DNA of 64,000 bases. Origin: an uncultured Gemmatimonadaceae bacterium (GTDB lineage Bacteria; Gemmatimonadota; Gemmatimonadetes; Gemmatimonadales; Gemmatimonadaceae). The position numbers and the translations under genes are program-made. This document shows positions 40,655 through 48,943 of this stretch, in pieces; position 1 is the stretch's first letter, and every line of letters starts with the position of its first letter. Below the pieces are notes generated by a model. The model made no database searches and had not been told where the DNA came from. It saw only the letters and a program-made list of their open reading frames with translations. Where the stretch lies: positions 1,056,001 to 1,120,000 of the forward strand of contig CAVUDW010000002.1 of assembly GCA_963740355.1 (NCBI GenBank), written 5' to 3'.

Positions 40655-42373
40655 TCAGTTGATGATGTACGTGGACCAGCCGTTCCACCACTTCGCGCCA
40701 GCCGGGTCGGCTGCACCGCGATAGGTGGTGCCGGTGACGACCGTTCCAGCCTTGGTGGACAGCGTTCCCGTGAAGGTCGCGAGTCCGCCCGTCGCGGCGG
40801 CGCCTGCTGCTGGCGGTGCCCAGTCGAAGGTGGCGCCAGAGGCTGGCTGTGCGGCCGGCACGCTGGTGAACAGCGCCGAGGCCGTCCCGGCCACGATGCT
40901 CAGCTTGTTGACGGTCGTGTCGGCGGTGTACTGGCGCGTCGAGGTCGGCACGCCACCGGACAGCAGCTGCGGATCAAAGAGTGCGCCGTTTTCAGCCGTG
41001 AGGATGTTCGAGAGTGCGAAGTTGCCTTCGGTCTGGCGGATGAATGTGGTCGTGTCGCGGAACGAGATCGCCGCCGACGGCCAGCGTGCGATGATACCGT
41101 TCACGTAGTAGCCACCCGTACCGCGGCGAAGCATTGCCCCGCGGCCGCCTGCGGCCGGCAACGTGACGCCGTTGGCCGTGCCGACGCCGATGACCGTGAA
41201 GTTGGCCATGATCGGGACGGTGAGCGGCGTGGAATTCTGGCCCAGATCGCAACCGGCGCCGTTACAGCCGTCGTTCTCGATGCCCTGCGGATCGCTGGAC
41301 GGCGAGCCGGCGGCGGAGCGCGGCGGGATGATGCGGGTCTGCATCGCGATCAGGTACTGCAGGCGACCGACGTAGCCTTCGGAGATGTCGAAGTGGTCGT
41401 CGCCGGCTTCGTAGCTGATGAGATGCTTGGCATCCACAGCACCGCCGAAGAATTCGAAGCTGTCATCGAGGCCAGCCATCGACTGCAAGTAGTCCAACGT
41501 GGTGCCGCTGCCGATGGCGGCCAGCGTGAAGGAGTTCAGTTCCTGGTCGGTGGCGGTGGCGTAGCCGGCAAACTCCACGCGGACATAGCGCATGATGCCG
41601 CTGTTGTCGGTGTTGCTGGTGCCACCGCTGTACGTCTGCGCGGGATTGTTGGCGCCATTGCCCGTCCCTTCGATCGTGATGCTGCCGCTACGGTTGATGA
41701 GGCCGTTGCCGATGATGATCAGGCCGCCCCAGTCGCCGGGCTGGCGTGAACCCGCAGCGCGTGATGACGTGAAGACGATGGGGTTCGCCGCGGTGCCCTG
41801 GGCGTCGATCTTTGCGCCACGCGTGATGAACAGCGATGAGCCGGTGGTGGCAAAGTCGCCGAGGATCTTCGTGCCCGGCTGGATCGTCAGCGTTGCGCCG
41901 TTCGTGACCTGGATGAAGCCCTGCAACGTGTAGGTCGTGTCGGCGTACAGCGTGCGATTGGCGGTGATGTTGGCCGACAGCGTGCTCGATGCGGTGCCCG
42001 GTGCCTTGGTGGTGACGCTGATCTCTGCGCTGTACTGCGACAGGCCGCTGCTGCGCACTGCCTGCACGCGGTACCGGTATGCGGCACTCGGCTCGAGGCC
42101 ACTATCCACAAACACCGTGTCCGTGAGGCCGGCTGCCGAGATGACGGTGAAGGTGCCGCCGCTGGCGCCAACGGCGCGTTCGACGTTGTAACTCGTCGCG
42201 TCGGCGACCTTGTTCCAGGTGATGCGCGCGGTGGTGGCGGTCGGCGCCGTCACGGCCGCATTCGTCGGCGGAAGGTCGGTCGGACCGGTGGACTTATCGC
42301 TGCCGCAAGCAGACAGCGTCAACACGGACGCTGCCACAATTCCGGCAGACAGCGAACGCCAATTGAACATCAT
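40655..42373 (-). CDS. Surface lipoprotein with fibronectin type III domain and beta-helix-like domain, partner of the TonB-dependent receptor
   Basis: Lipobox LTLSAC; FN3 (ITWNKV...YNVER...GLEPSAAYRYRVQA); GATLTIQPGT, PIVFTS, GDWGGLII, DNSGIMRYVRVEFAG, DDSFEFFGG, DDHFD, GIEND. Confidence 0.8.
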   Translation of the reverse strand: MMFNWRSLSAGIVAASVLTLSACGSDKSTGPTDLPPTNAAVTAPTATTARITWNKVADATSYNVERAVGASGGTFTVISAAGLTDTVFVDSGLEPSAAYRYRVQAVRSSGLSQYSAEISVTTKAPGTASSTLSANITANRTLYADTTYTLQGFIQVTNGATLTIQPGTKILGDFATTGSSLFITRGAKIDAQGTAANPIVFTSSRAAGSRQPGDWGGLIIIGNGLINRSGSITIEGTGNGANNPAQTYSGGTSNTDNSGIMRYVRVEFAGYATATDQELNSFTLAAIGSGTTLDYLQSMAGLDDSFEFFGGAVDAKHLISYEAGDDHFDISEGYVGRLQYLIAMQTRIIPPRSAAGSPSSDPQGIENDGCNGAGCDLGQNSTPLTVPIMANFTVIGVGTANGVTLPAAGGRGAMLRRGTGGYYVNGIIARWPSAAISFRDTTTFIRQTEGNFALSNILTAENGALFDPQLLSGGVPTSTRQYTADTTVNKLSIVAGTASALFTSVPAAQPASGATFDWAPPAAGAAATGGLATFTGTLSTKAGTVVTGTTYRGAADPAGAKWWNGWSTYIIN

Positions 42374-42441
42374 GAGGCTCTCGTTATGAAGAGAAGTGGT
42401 ATACGGCTCGAACAGTGAGCTGCCGTGAATTTCCCCTCGTT

Positions 42442-42503
42442 GTGTCATGACGTGCACACATGCCGGTCACGGTCGCGTCACAGCGATTTGTGGGTGTCGT
42501 GAC
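42442..42503. promoter_or_regulatory. PHO-box-like 11-bp-periodic array upstream of the lipoprotein gene
   Basis: GTCAT 42444, GTCAC 42466, GTCAC 42477, GTGAC 42499; all offsets are multiples of 11. Confidence 0.6.
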
Positions 42504-42665
42504 GCGGCAAACTCCTGCGCAATCGCAATGCCTCCTTGCGCAGGCCGCGGAAAAGCAAAGAGGCACGGATCGACATGATCCGTGCCTCTCAGGTTCAGTG
42601 CGAACTGCAGGTATCAGCCAGTGCGAGGCCAAACACCCGCGCATTCGCGATACATCAGCGCGCGA

Positions 42666-45425
42666 CTACGGCTGCCAGTTGAATCCGACGGCGAAGGTGC
42701 GGCCGGTGTAGTAGGACTCGCGCGTCACCGGACCCTGTTCGATCCGATACTGTGCATCGAGCAGGTTCTTCGCATCGAAGCGACCGCTGAAGCCCGCACC
42801 CACCGGGAAGCGCAGCGAGAAGTCCACGACGTTGCGTGCCAGTTCCTTCACGTCCGGCAGCGGGCGCTCGCCGGCGTCGATGATGCGCGCGCCGACGGTG
42901 TTGTAGAGCAGGGTGGCGCTGGTGCTGCCGCTGGTGGTGGTCCACGTGACGCCGGTGTTGATCATGTACGGCGCCTGGCCGACCATCGCACGATCGGAGC
43001 TGGTCACGCTGGCGAGGCCCTGGCGCAGCTCGATCTTGCTTTTCATGAGCGTGGCATTGGTGAACACCGAGACGTTCTCCAGTGCGCCAGCCAGCTTGCC
43101 GAGGCCGGAGCGGGCCTCGAGTTCCACACCGACGTTGTTGGCGCGCTTTGCGTTCTGGTACGAGACGATGCGCGTGCCCGACGTGCCGAGATAGATGCGC
43201 TCGATCGGGTTGTCGAACTGCTTGCCGAAGAGCGAGACGCTGAACACTTCATTGCGCGTCGGGAACCACTCCCAGCGGATGTCCGCGTTCTTGATCAGCG
43301 AGCGGACGAGATCCTTGTTGCCGAGGAAGTTGTCGCCACCGAGCACGTCGCGGAACTGCAGTGGCGCCAGTTCGCGGTATTCAGGCCGGGCCAGCGTCTG
43401 CGACACCGAGATGCGCACGTTCTGGTTTTCGCTGGCCTTCACCGTCACGGCCAGCGATGGCAACACATCGTTGAACGTCGGCTTGGTGATCACGGCCGGT
43501 CCGATGGTCGGCGATGCCACGACCTGCACTTCTGAGCGTTCGAAACGGGCACCGGTCACCACGTTGACCGACGGCCGCACTTGCCAGTTCATCATCACGT
43601 ACGCTGCGCTGAGGCGATCCTGCGCGGTGTAGCTGCCACCCTGTGCCAGTGGCACGAGGCGCATGGCGCTGCTGCCGGGCTGCGTGAAGCGGCCATCGAA
43701 GATCGACTCCGGCGCCAGCTGACGCTGCGCGTTGTCGAGACCGAAGCCCTGCACGCTATAGACGTTGTTGGTGGCGTCGCGATCCGTGGAGCGATACAGG
43801 CCACCGAACTTCACGCGCAGCTCCTTCGACGGGTCGAAGAAGTTCATGCGGTAGTTGACCTGGCCTTCATAGTTGTTCTCGCGCAGGTCGCCGAAGGTGC
43901 GCACCGCGCCTTCATTGCCGATCGCGAACCATTCCGGCGTCGCGCTGCCGTTCACCGTGTAGACGATCTCCGAGCGATCCGGCTCCTGCCGCGTGACGCC
44001 CGATGCCGTCGCCGAATAGTCGAGCTGGTGCCGCCCACCGAAGAGCGAGTGTTCCACTGCCAGCTGCGAGCTGCGGATCATGCGCTCGACATACTGCAGG
44101 CGCGTGATGTTCAGCTGCGTGCCAAGATTCTCGCTGGTGCCCGTCTCGACGCGAGCATCGTTGTCGCTGGTGCGGTTGTACGTGTTGTTGAGCGAGACCT
44201 TGGTGGCGCGACCAAGGAAGGTGCTGAAGTTCGCCAGGCCGCCCCACAGCACACCGGTGCCGGCAGACGTGCCGCTGAACCGATCCACTTCCTCGACCGT
44301 GTTGCGTGCGAGGGCGTAGGCACGGACCTGCCGTTCCTTGATGTTCTGCTGGACGTTGTAGTTGGCGCTCAGCAGGTAGCCGAAGCGCTGGCCCAGGATC
44401 GGGTCGCTGCCACCGACCGACATGCCAAAGCTGCCGTTCGGCTTGCCCGTCGTCGGCGTCGCGCTCCAACGGTTGCGGAAGGTGCCGATCAAGCTGTTCA
44501 GCTCACCCTGGCCCGGCTGCGGATCGAACGTGCCGTAGCTGCGGATGATGCTGGGCAGTTCGCGCTTCGAGGAGCCGAGCGCGAAGTAGTCGCTGCCCGT
44601 GTTGCCAGCCGAGATGGTGTTCTTGCCCGTCACCGCGGCGTTGTAGCCGCTCGACGATGAGAACACGAACGTGCGCTGCGCCGGGAATTCCTTCGTCTGG
44701 ATGTTCACGGCGGCGCCGGCGAAATCGCCCGGCTGGTCGGGCGTGAACGTCTTCGAGGTGGTGACGCTCTGGATCAGGCTCGCGGGGAAGAGGTCGAGCG
44801 GAACGACCTTGCGCTCCGGCTCCGGGCTCGGCAACCGTGCGCCATTCAGAGACGACGTCGTGTAGCGATCGCCTAGGCCGCGCACGAACACATACTTGCC
44901 ATCCTGCACGCTCACGCCACTCACACGACCGACGGCCGCGGCTGCGTCAGCGTCAGGGCTTTTGGCGATCTGCTCGCTGGTGACGGTGTTGATGATCGCG
45001 GCAGCACTGCGCTGACGATCGAGCGCCGCGCTCACCGAGCCGCGTTCCTGCGTCGCGGTCACGGTGGCGGTCGCCAACTGCATCGTCGCGGGGGCCATCG
45101 CGATGTTCTGCTCAACGGTCTGGCCTGCGCCCACCGTGATGCCCGTGATCGTCTTCGATGCAAAGCCGATGCGCCGTGCGAGGATCGTGACGCTGCCCGC
45201 TGGTACGCCAGCGAGGGTGTAGCGGCCATCCACGCCAGACAGCGCGCCCATCGTCGTACCCACCACCTGGATGCCGACATCCGACATTCCATTGCCCTGC
45301 GGGTCCAGCACTCGACCGGTGATCCGACCGCGCGCCGCGGAAGGCGTCTGCGCATGTACGAAAGTCGAAAGGCTGCACACGGCGACGAGCGCGAGTGACA
45401 GCCGGCGAACGAAAGAAAGCGACAT
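42666..45425 (-). CDS. TonB-dependent receptor with N-terminal carboxypeptidase-regulatory-like domain
   Basis: Signal peptide, GRITGRV...DGRYTL, plug motifs RVSGVS, VRGLGDRY, PLDLFP, SKTFTPDQPGDFAG, barrel motifs ARPEYRELAP, GNKDL, KNLLD. Confidence 0.92.
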   Translation of the reverse strand: MSLSFVRRLSLALVAVCSLSTFVHAQTPSAARGRITGRVLDPQGNGMSDVGIQVVGTTMGALSGVDGRYTLAGVPAGSVTILARRIGFASKTITGITVGAGQTVEQNIAMAPATMQLATATVTATQERGSVSAALDRQRSAAAIINTVTSEQIAKSPDADAAAAVGRVSGVSVQDGKYVFVRGLGDRYTTSSLNGARLPSPEPERKVVPLDLFPASLIQSVTTSKTFTPDQPGDFAGAAVNIQTKEFPAQRTFVFSSSSGYNAAVTGKNTISAGNTGSDYFALGSSKRELPSIIRSYGTFDPQPGQGELNSLIGTFRNRWSATPTTGKPNGSFGMSVGGSDPILGQRFGYLLSANYNVQQNIKERQVRAYALARNTVEEVDRFSGTSAGTGVLWGGLANFSTFLGRATKVSLNNTYNRTSDNDARVETGTSENLGTQLNITRLQYVERMIRSSQLAVEHSLFGGRHQLDYSATASGVTRQEPDRSEIVYTVNGSATPEWFAIGNEGAVRTFGDLRENNYEGQVNYRMNFFDPSKELRVKFGGLYRSTDRDATNNVYSVQGFGLDNAQRQLAPESIFDGRFTQPGSSAMRLVPLAQGGSYTAQDRLSAAYVMMNWQVRPSVNVVTGARFERSEVQVVASPTIGPAVITKPTFNDVLPSLAVTVKASENQNVRISVSQTLARPEYRELAPLQFRDVLGGDNFLGNKDLVRSLIKNADIRWEWFPTRNEVFSVSLFGKQFDNPIERIYLGTSGTRIVSYQNAKRANNVGVELEARSGLGKLAGALENVSVFTNATLMKSKIELRQGLASVTSSDRAMVGQAPYMINTGVTWTTTSGSTSATLLYNTVGARIIDAGERPLPDVKELARNVVDFSLRFPVGAGFSGRFDAKNLLDAQYRIEQGPVTRESYYTGRTFAVGFNWQP

Positions 45426-45516
45426 ATGGATTCGCGAATCGATTCGGGGTGATCGCGTGGGCCAGGTACCGTCGCCCACTGCGTGCCGTAGCACGCACCG
45501 TTACGTTCGCGTTCCC

Positions 45517-45569
45517 ATGTGACAGTGCCCCCGCATTTCTGCAACGGACGTGTAACGGCGTACCGTAAC
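45517..45569 (-). promoter_or_regulatory. PHO-box-like array upstream of the TonB-dependent receptor
   Basis: Minus strand GTTAC (45556), GTTGC (45545), GTCAC (45523, within CTGTCACAT) in 11-bp register, plus a further GTTAC at 45569. Confidence 0.6.
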
Positions 45570-45586
45570 CGGGCTGTCGCCGTCCG

Positions 45587-47302
45587 TTACACGTCCGTGA
45601 CGGGGACCGGCCAGGTGGTCGTGATGGTCGTCCCGACGCCCGCCTCGCTCTCGGCGGTCACGTTGCCGCCGTGCGCCTCCACCAGGTGCCGCACTATGGC
45701 CAGCCCGAGCCCGGTGCCGCCCTGCTCGCGCGAGCGGGCCGGATCGACGCGGTAGAACCGCTCGAAGATGCGCGGCAGGTGATCGGCCGGTATGCCGATG
45801 CCAGTGTCGGTCACGGCCAAGGTGATGGTCTCGCCGTCTCGACGTGCCACGACCTTCACCGTGCCTTCCGCAGTGTGCCGTACCGCGTTCTCGACGAGGT
45901 TGCCCAGCACCTGACGGAGTGCGGTCGGATCCGCCAGGACCTCCTCGGCGTCGGCGGCAATGTCGGCACGCACCACCACCGCCTTCGCCGCCGCCGCCGG
46001 CTTCACGGCCAGCATCACGTCGGCCACCACGTCCGGAATCCTGCTCCAGACGGGATTCGGACGCCACCCGCCGCTCTCGATCCGGCTCAGGTCGAGCAGG
46101 TCATCCACGATGCGCTGCATTCGCCTGGTGTTCGACAGGATGGTCTGCAGGAACGCCTGTCGATTCCCGATCGGCATGTCGCTGTCATCCACCAGCGTTT
46201 CCGCATACCCGCCAACGATCGTGAGCGGTGTGCGCAGCTCGTGACTGACGTTGGCGACGAAGTCGCGGCGCACCTGCTCCAGCCGGCGGATCGGCGTCAG
46301 GTCGTACATCGCCAGCACGGCACCGCCGTCCGTGAGCGGGCGCGCCACGAGCGAAATTGCGCGCCCGAACAGCAGGACTTCGCGCGGCTCCACGATCTGC
46401 CCGGAGAGGGCGCGCTGCAACGCGTCGCGGAGGTGCGAGTCGGTGGGGAGGCGATCGACGGAAAACGGCACTTCTCCCTCGACACTCGCCAGCACGCGTC
46501 CGACATCGTTGATGCGCATCACCTGTCGCCCGGAGTCGACGGCGATCGCCCCTTCGGTCAGCGAATCGAAGAGCTCCGTGAGCAGCGACTCTTCGGCCTC
46601 CAGCGTGGCGAGGCGCGCGCCCAGCTGCTCCGCCAGTCGATGGACCGCGCGCGCCAGGTCACCCACTTCGCCCGGTGCCGACAGCGCCGGCCTGCGCGAG
46701 AGGTCGCCAGCCGCGAGTGACTGTGCCACATCGCGTAGCTCGATGATCGGCTTGGTGATGGAGCGCGAGAAGAACCAGCCGAACAGCGCCACCGCGAAGA
46801 TGGCACCGACACCCACCAGCAGGATGTCGACGCGTGAACGGGCGAAGAGTTCGTCCACGGCGCGTGTGCGCACGGACACGCGCGAGACACCGAGCGGCAT
46901 GCGCACCGCGACGTACAACTCCTCGTCACCCGCCGAGGCGGAGAGGCGTCGTGCCTGACCGGTCCCGGTCTCCAGTGCATTCTGCACTTCGGGCCGCGTC
47001 CTGTGATTTTCGAGCTGGCCGAGGCGTGGTGGATCGAAGTCGGAGTCACCAAGCACCACGCCGTCGGCATCGATCAACGTCACGCGGTGCCCGGTTGCGA
47101 CACCGGCCGCGTTGGCGATCGCGTCCGCCTGCGCACGATCATTCCACTGCGCCGCGAGCAGGCGCGCCTCGCTCTGCAGTTGCGCCACCTGCTCCTCGCC
47201 GATCCGCTTGTAGAGCCGACGATCGAGAACACCAATGACCGCCGCCAGCAGCAGTGACACGCCGAGGACGAGGCCGAGCAGGAGTCGGGTAGTGAGACGC
47301 AC
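45587..47302 (-). CDS. phoR: Phosphate regulon sensor histidine kinase (PhoR-like)
   Basis: Two TM helices, ENHRTRPEV extracytoplasmic motif, HAMP, PAS-like, RRDFVANVSHELRTPL, NLVENA, DTGIGI, FERFYRVDPARSREQGGTGLGL. Confidence 0.88.
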   Translation of the reverse strand: MRLTTRLLLGLVLGVSLLLAAVIGVLDRRLYKRIGEEQVAQLQSEARLLAAQWNDRAQADAIANAAGVATGHRVTLIDADGVVLGDSDFDPPRLGQLENHRTRPEVQNALETGTGQARRLSASAGDEELYVAVRMPLGVSRVSVRTRAVDELFARSRVDILLVGVGAIFAVALFGWFFSRSITKPIIELRDVAQSLAAGDLSRRPALSAPGEVGDLARAVHRLAEQLGARLATLEAEESLLTELFDSLTEGAIAVDSGRQVMRINDVGRVLASVEGEVPFSVDRLPTDSHLRDALQRALSGQIVEPREVLLFGRAISLVARPLTDGGAVLAMYDLTPIRRLEQVRRDFVANVSHELRTPLTIVGGYAETLVDDSDMPIGNRQAFLQTILSNTRRMQRIVDDLLDLSRIESGGWRPNPVWSRIPDVVADVMLAVKPAAAAKAVVVRADIAADAEEVLADPTALRQVLGNLVENAVRHTAEGTVKVVARRDGETITLAVTDTGIGIPADHLPRIFERFYRVDPARSREQGGTGLGLAIVRHLVEAHGGNVTAESEAGVGTTITTTWPVPVTDV

Positions 47303-47340
47303 GGGCGGAAGCTAGCGCGCAGCCAGTCGTGCCTGGTGCC

Positions 47341-48057
47341 TTACCGGGTCGAGGCTCCGCGCATCCGGTAGCCGAAGCCGCGCACCGTCTCGATCAGGTC
47401 TCCGGCGTCGCCAAGCTTCGTCCGCAGCCGCTGGATGTGCATGTCCACCGTGCGCGTCTGGATGTCGGGCGCGGCTTCCCACACCGTCTCCAGCAGGTGA
47501 CCGCGCGCCTGTACGCGACCTCGGCGTTCAGCGAGGGTGATCAGCAGCTTGTATTCGGTCGGCGTGAGCTCGACCTCATCGTTCTCGATGGCGACGCGAT
47601 GCGCCGCGCGATCGATGCGGATCGGCCCGATCTGGAGCAGGTCGGCCGGCGCCTCGGTGGCACCCGTGGTCCGGCGGAGAATCGCGCCGACTCGGAGCAC
47701 CAGTTCCTGTGGACTGAACGGCTTGGTGAGGTAGTCATCGGCACCGAGCGACAGGCCGCGAATGCGATCCTGCTCTTCCTTGCGGGCGGTCAACATCAGC
47801 ACGGCGATGTGACGCGTGCCTTCCTCAGCGCGAATGTGCTCGAGTACGTCGAAGCCGCTCATGCCAGGGAGCATGAGATCCAGCACCAGCAACGACGGCC
47901 GTTCCTGCCGCGCGATCGAGAGGGCATCGGTGCCGTTCGAGGCGGTGGACACGCGGTAGTTCGTCTTCGCCAGGTGGTAGGCGACGAGGGCGACGATGTC
48001 CGGCTCGTCGTCGACGACCAGGATCCGTTCCTGCACATGCTGCACGGGGCTGGTCAT
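47341..48057 (-). CDS. phoB: OmpR/PhoB family response regulator (PhoB-like)
   Basis: ILVVDDE, LDLMLPGMSG, MLTA, GADDYLTKPFS, RTVDMHIQRLRTKL, IETVRGFGY; adjacent to phoR within a phosphate cluster. Confidence 0.85.
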   Translation of the reverse strand: MTSPVQHVQERILVVDDEPDIVALVAYHLAKTNYRVSTASNGTDALSIARQERPSLLVLDLMLPGMSGFDVLEHIRAEEGTRHIAVLMLTARKEEQDRIRGLSLGADDYLTKPFSPQELVLRVGAILRRTTGATEAPADLLQIGPIRIDRAAHRVAIENDEVELTPTEYKLLITLAERRGRVQARGHLLETVWEAAPDIQTRTVDMHIQRLRTKLGDAGDLIETVRGFGYRMRGASTR

Positions 48058-48767
48058 GCCGTGTGCCCTTCGCGGATCGCAGGATGCGACCCGGTGGGCG
48101 TGAGACGACGTTCGTCCGCCACCATCGGAATGTGCGGTGCGCCGTTGGTGGCCAGCCGCTGCCTGATCTTCGCCAGAATCATTTCAATCGCCACTGTGTT
48201 ATGGCCACCGCGCGGGACGATGACATCCGCCCAGCGCTTGCTTGGTTCGATGAACTGCAGGTGCATCGGTCGCACCGTATTGACGTACTGCTCGAGAATT
48301 TCCTCCAGCGGCCGGCCGCGGGATGCCATGTCGCGCCGGATCCGCCGCACCAGCCGGATGTCCGCATCCGCGTCCACGAACACCTTCACGTCCAACCGCT
48401 GCCGCACCCGTTCGTCGGTGAACAGCAGGATGCCATCCACCACCACCACATCGACCTTGGCCACCCGCACCGTCTCGGCGCTGCGCGCGTGGATGGTGTA
48501 GTCGTAGATCGGCTTCTCGATTGGCTCGCCCCGCGACATGGCGTCGAGGTGTGAGACGAAGAGATCGATGTCGAACGCGTCCGGATGGTCCCAGTTGATG
48601 TGATGCAGCTCCCGCATGGACAACCCGGAGTGATTCCGGTAGTACGAGTCCATTTCCACGAACGCGACGGAGGAATCGGCCAGGGCGGCCGCGACCCGAC
48701 GGGCGACGGTGGTCTTGCCGGATCCGGTACCTCCGGCAATTCCGATCATCAGCGGGCGGTTCGGCAC
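48054..48767 (-). CDS. udk: Uridine kinase
   Basis: IGIAGGTGSGKTT, DSYY, NWDHPDAFD, RRIRRD...RGR, VRPMHLQFIEPSKRWAD; GGAGG RBS; ATGA overlap with phoB. Confidence 0.93.
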   Translation of the reverse strand: MPNRPLMIGIAGGTGSGKTTVARRVAAALADSSVAFVEMDSYYRNHSGLSMRELHHINWDHPDAFDIDLFVSHLDAMSRGEPIEKPIYDYTIHARSAETVRVAKVDVVVVDGILLFTDERVRQRLDVKVFVDADADIRLVRRIRRDMASRGRPLEEILEQYVNTVRPMHLQFIEPSKRWADVIVPRGGHNTVAIEMILAKIRQRLATNGAPHIPMVADERRLTPTGSHPAIREGHTA

Positions 48768-48779
48768 TGCACCTCCATC

Positions 48780-48836
48780 GTCACGAATACATGGTGATTC
48801 GTGACTGTGTTGTAATTCGTGATGATTCGGTCACGA
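48780..48836. promoter_or_regulatory. Operator-like repeat array in the divergent udk-phoB / nucleotidase promoter
   Basis: Perfect inverted repeat gtcacgaat-N8-attcgtgac (48780-48805), a further attcgtga at 48815 and tcacga at 48831; GTGAC/GTAAT (48801/48812) and GTGAT/GTCAC (48819/48830) are 11 bp apart. Confidence 0.6.
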
Positions 48837-48943
48837 CTCCGTATCGACGCACCGGGAGCGGTGGCGATCCTGCGGCAATCTACCCGGGGAAGGCCGGGCC
48901 CGGTCCGCTGCCGGGGGACGACCGGCTCCGCTAGCTTCCCTCC

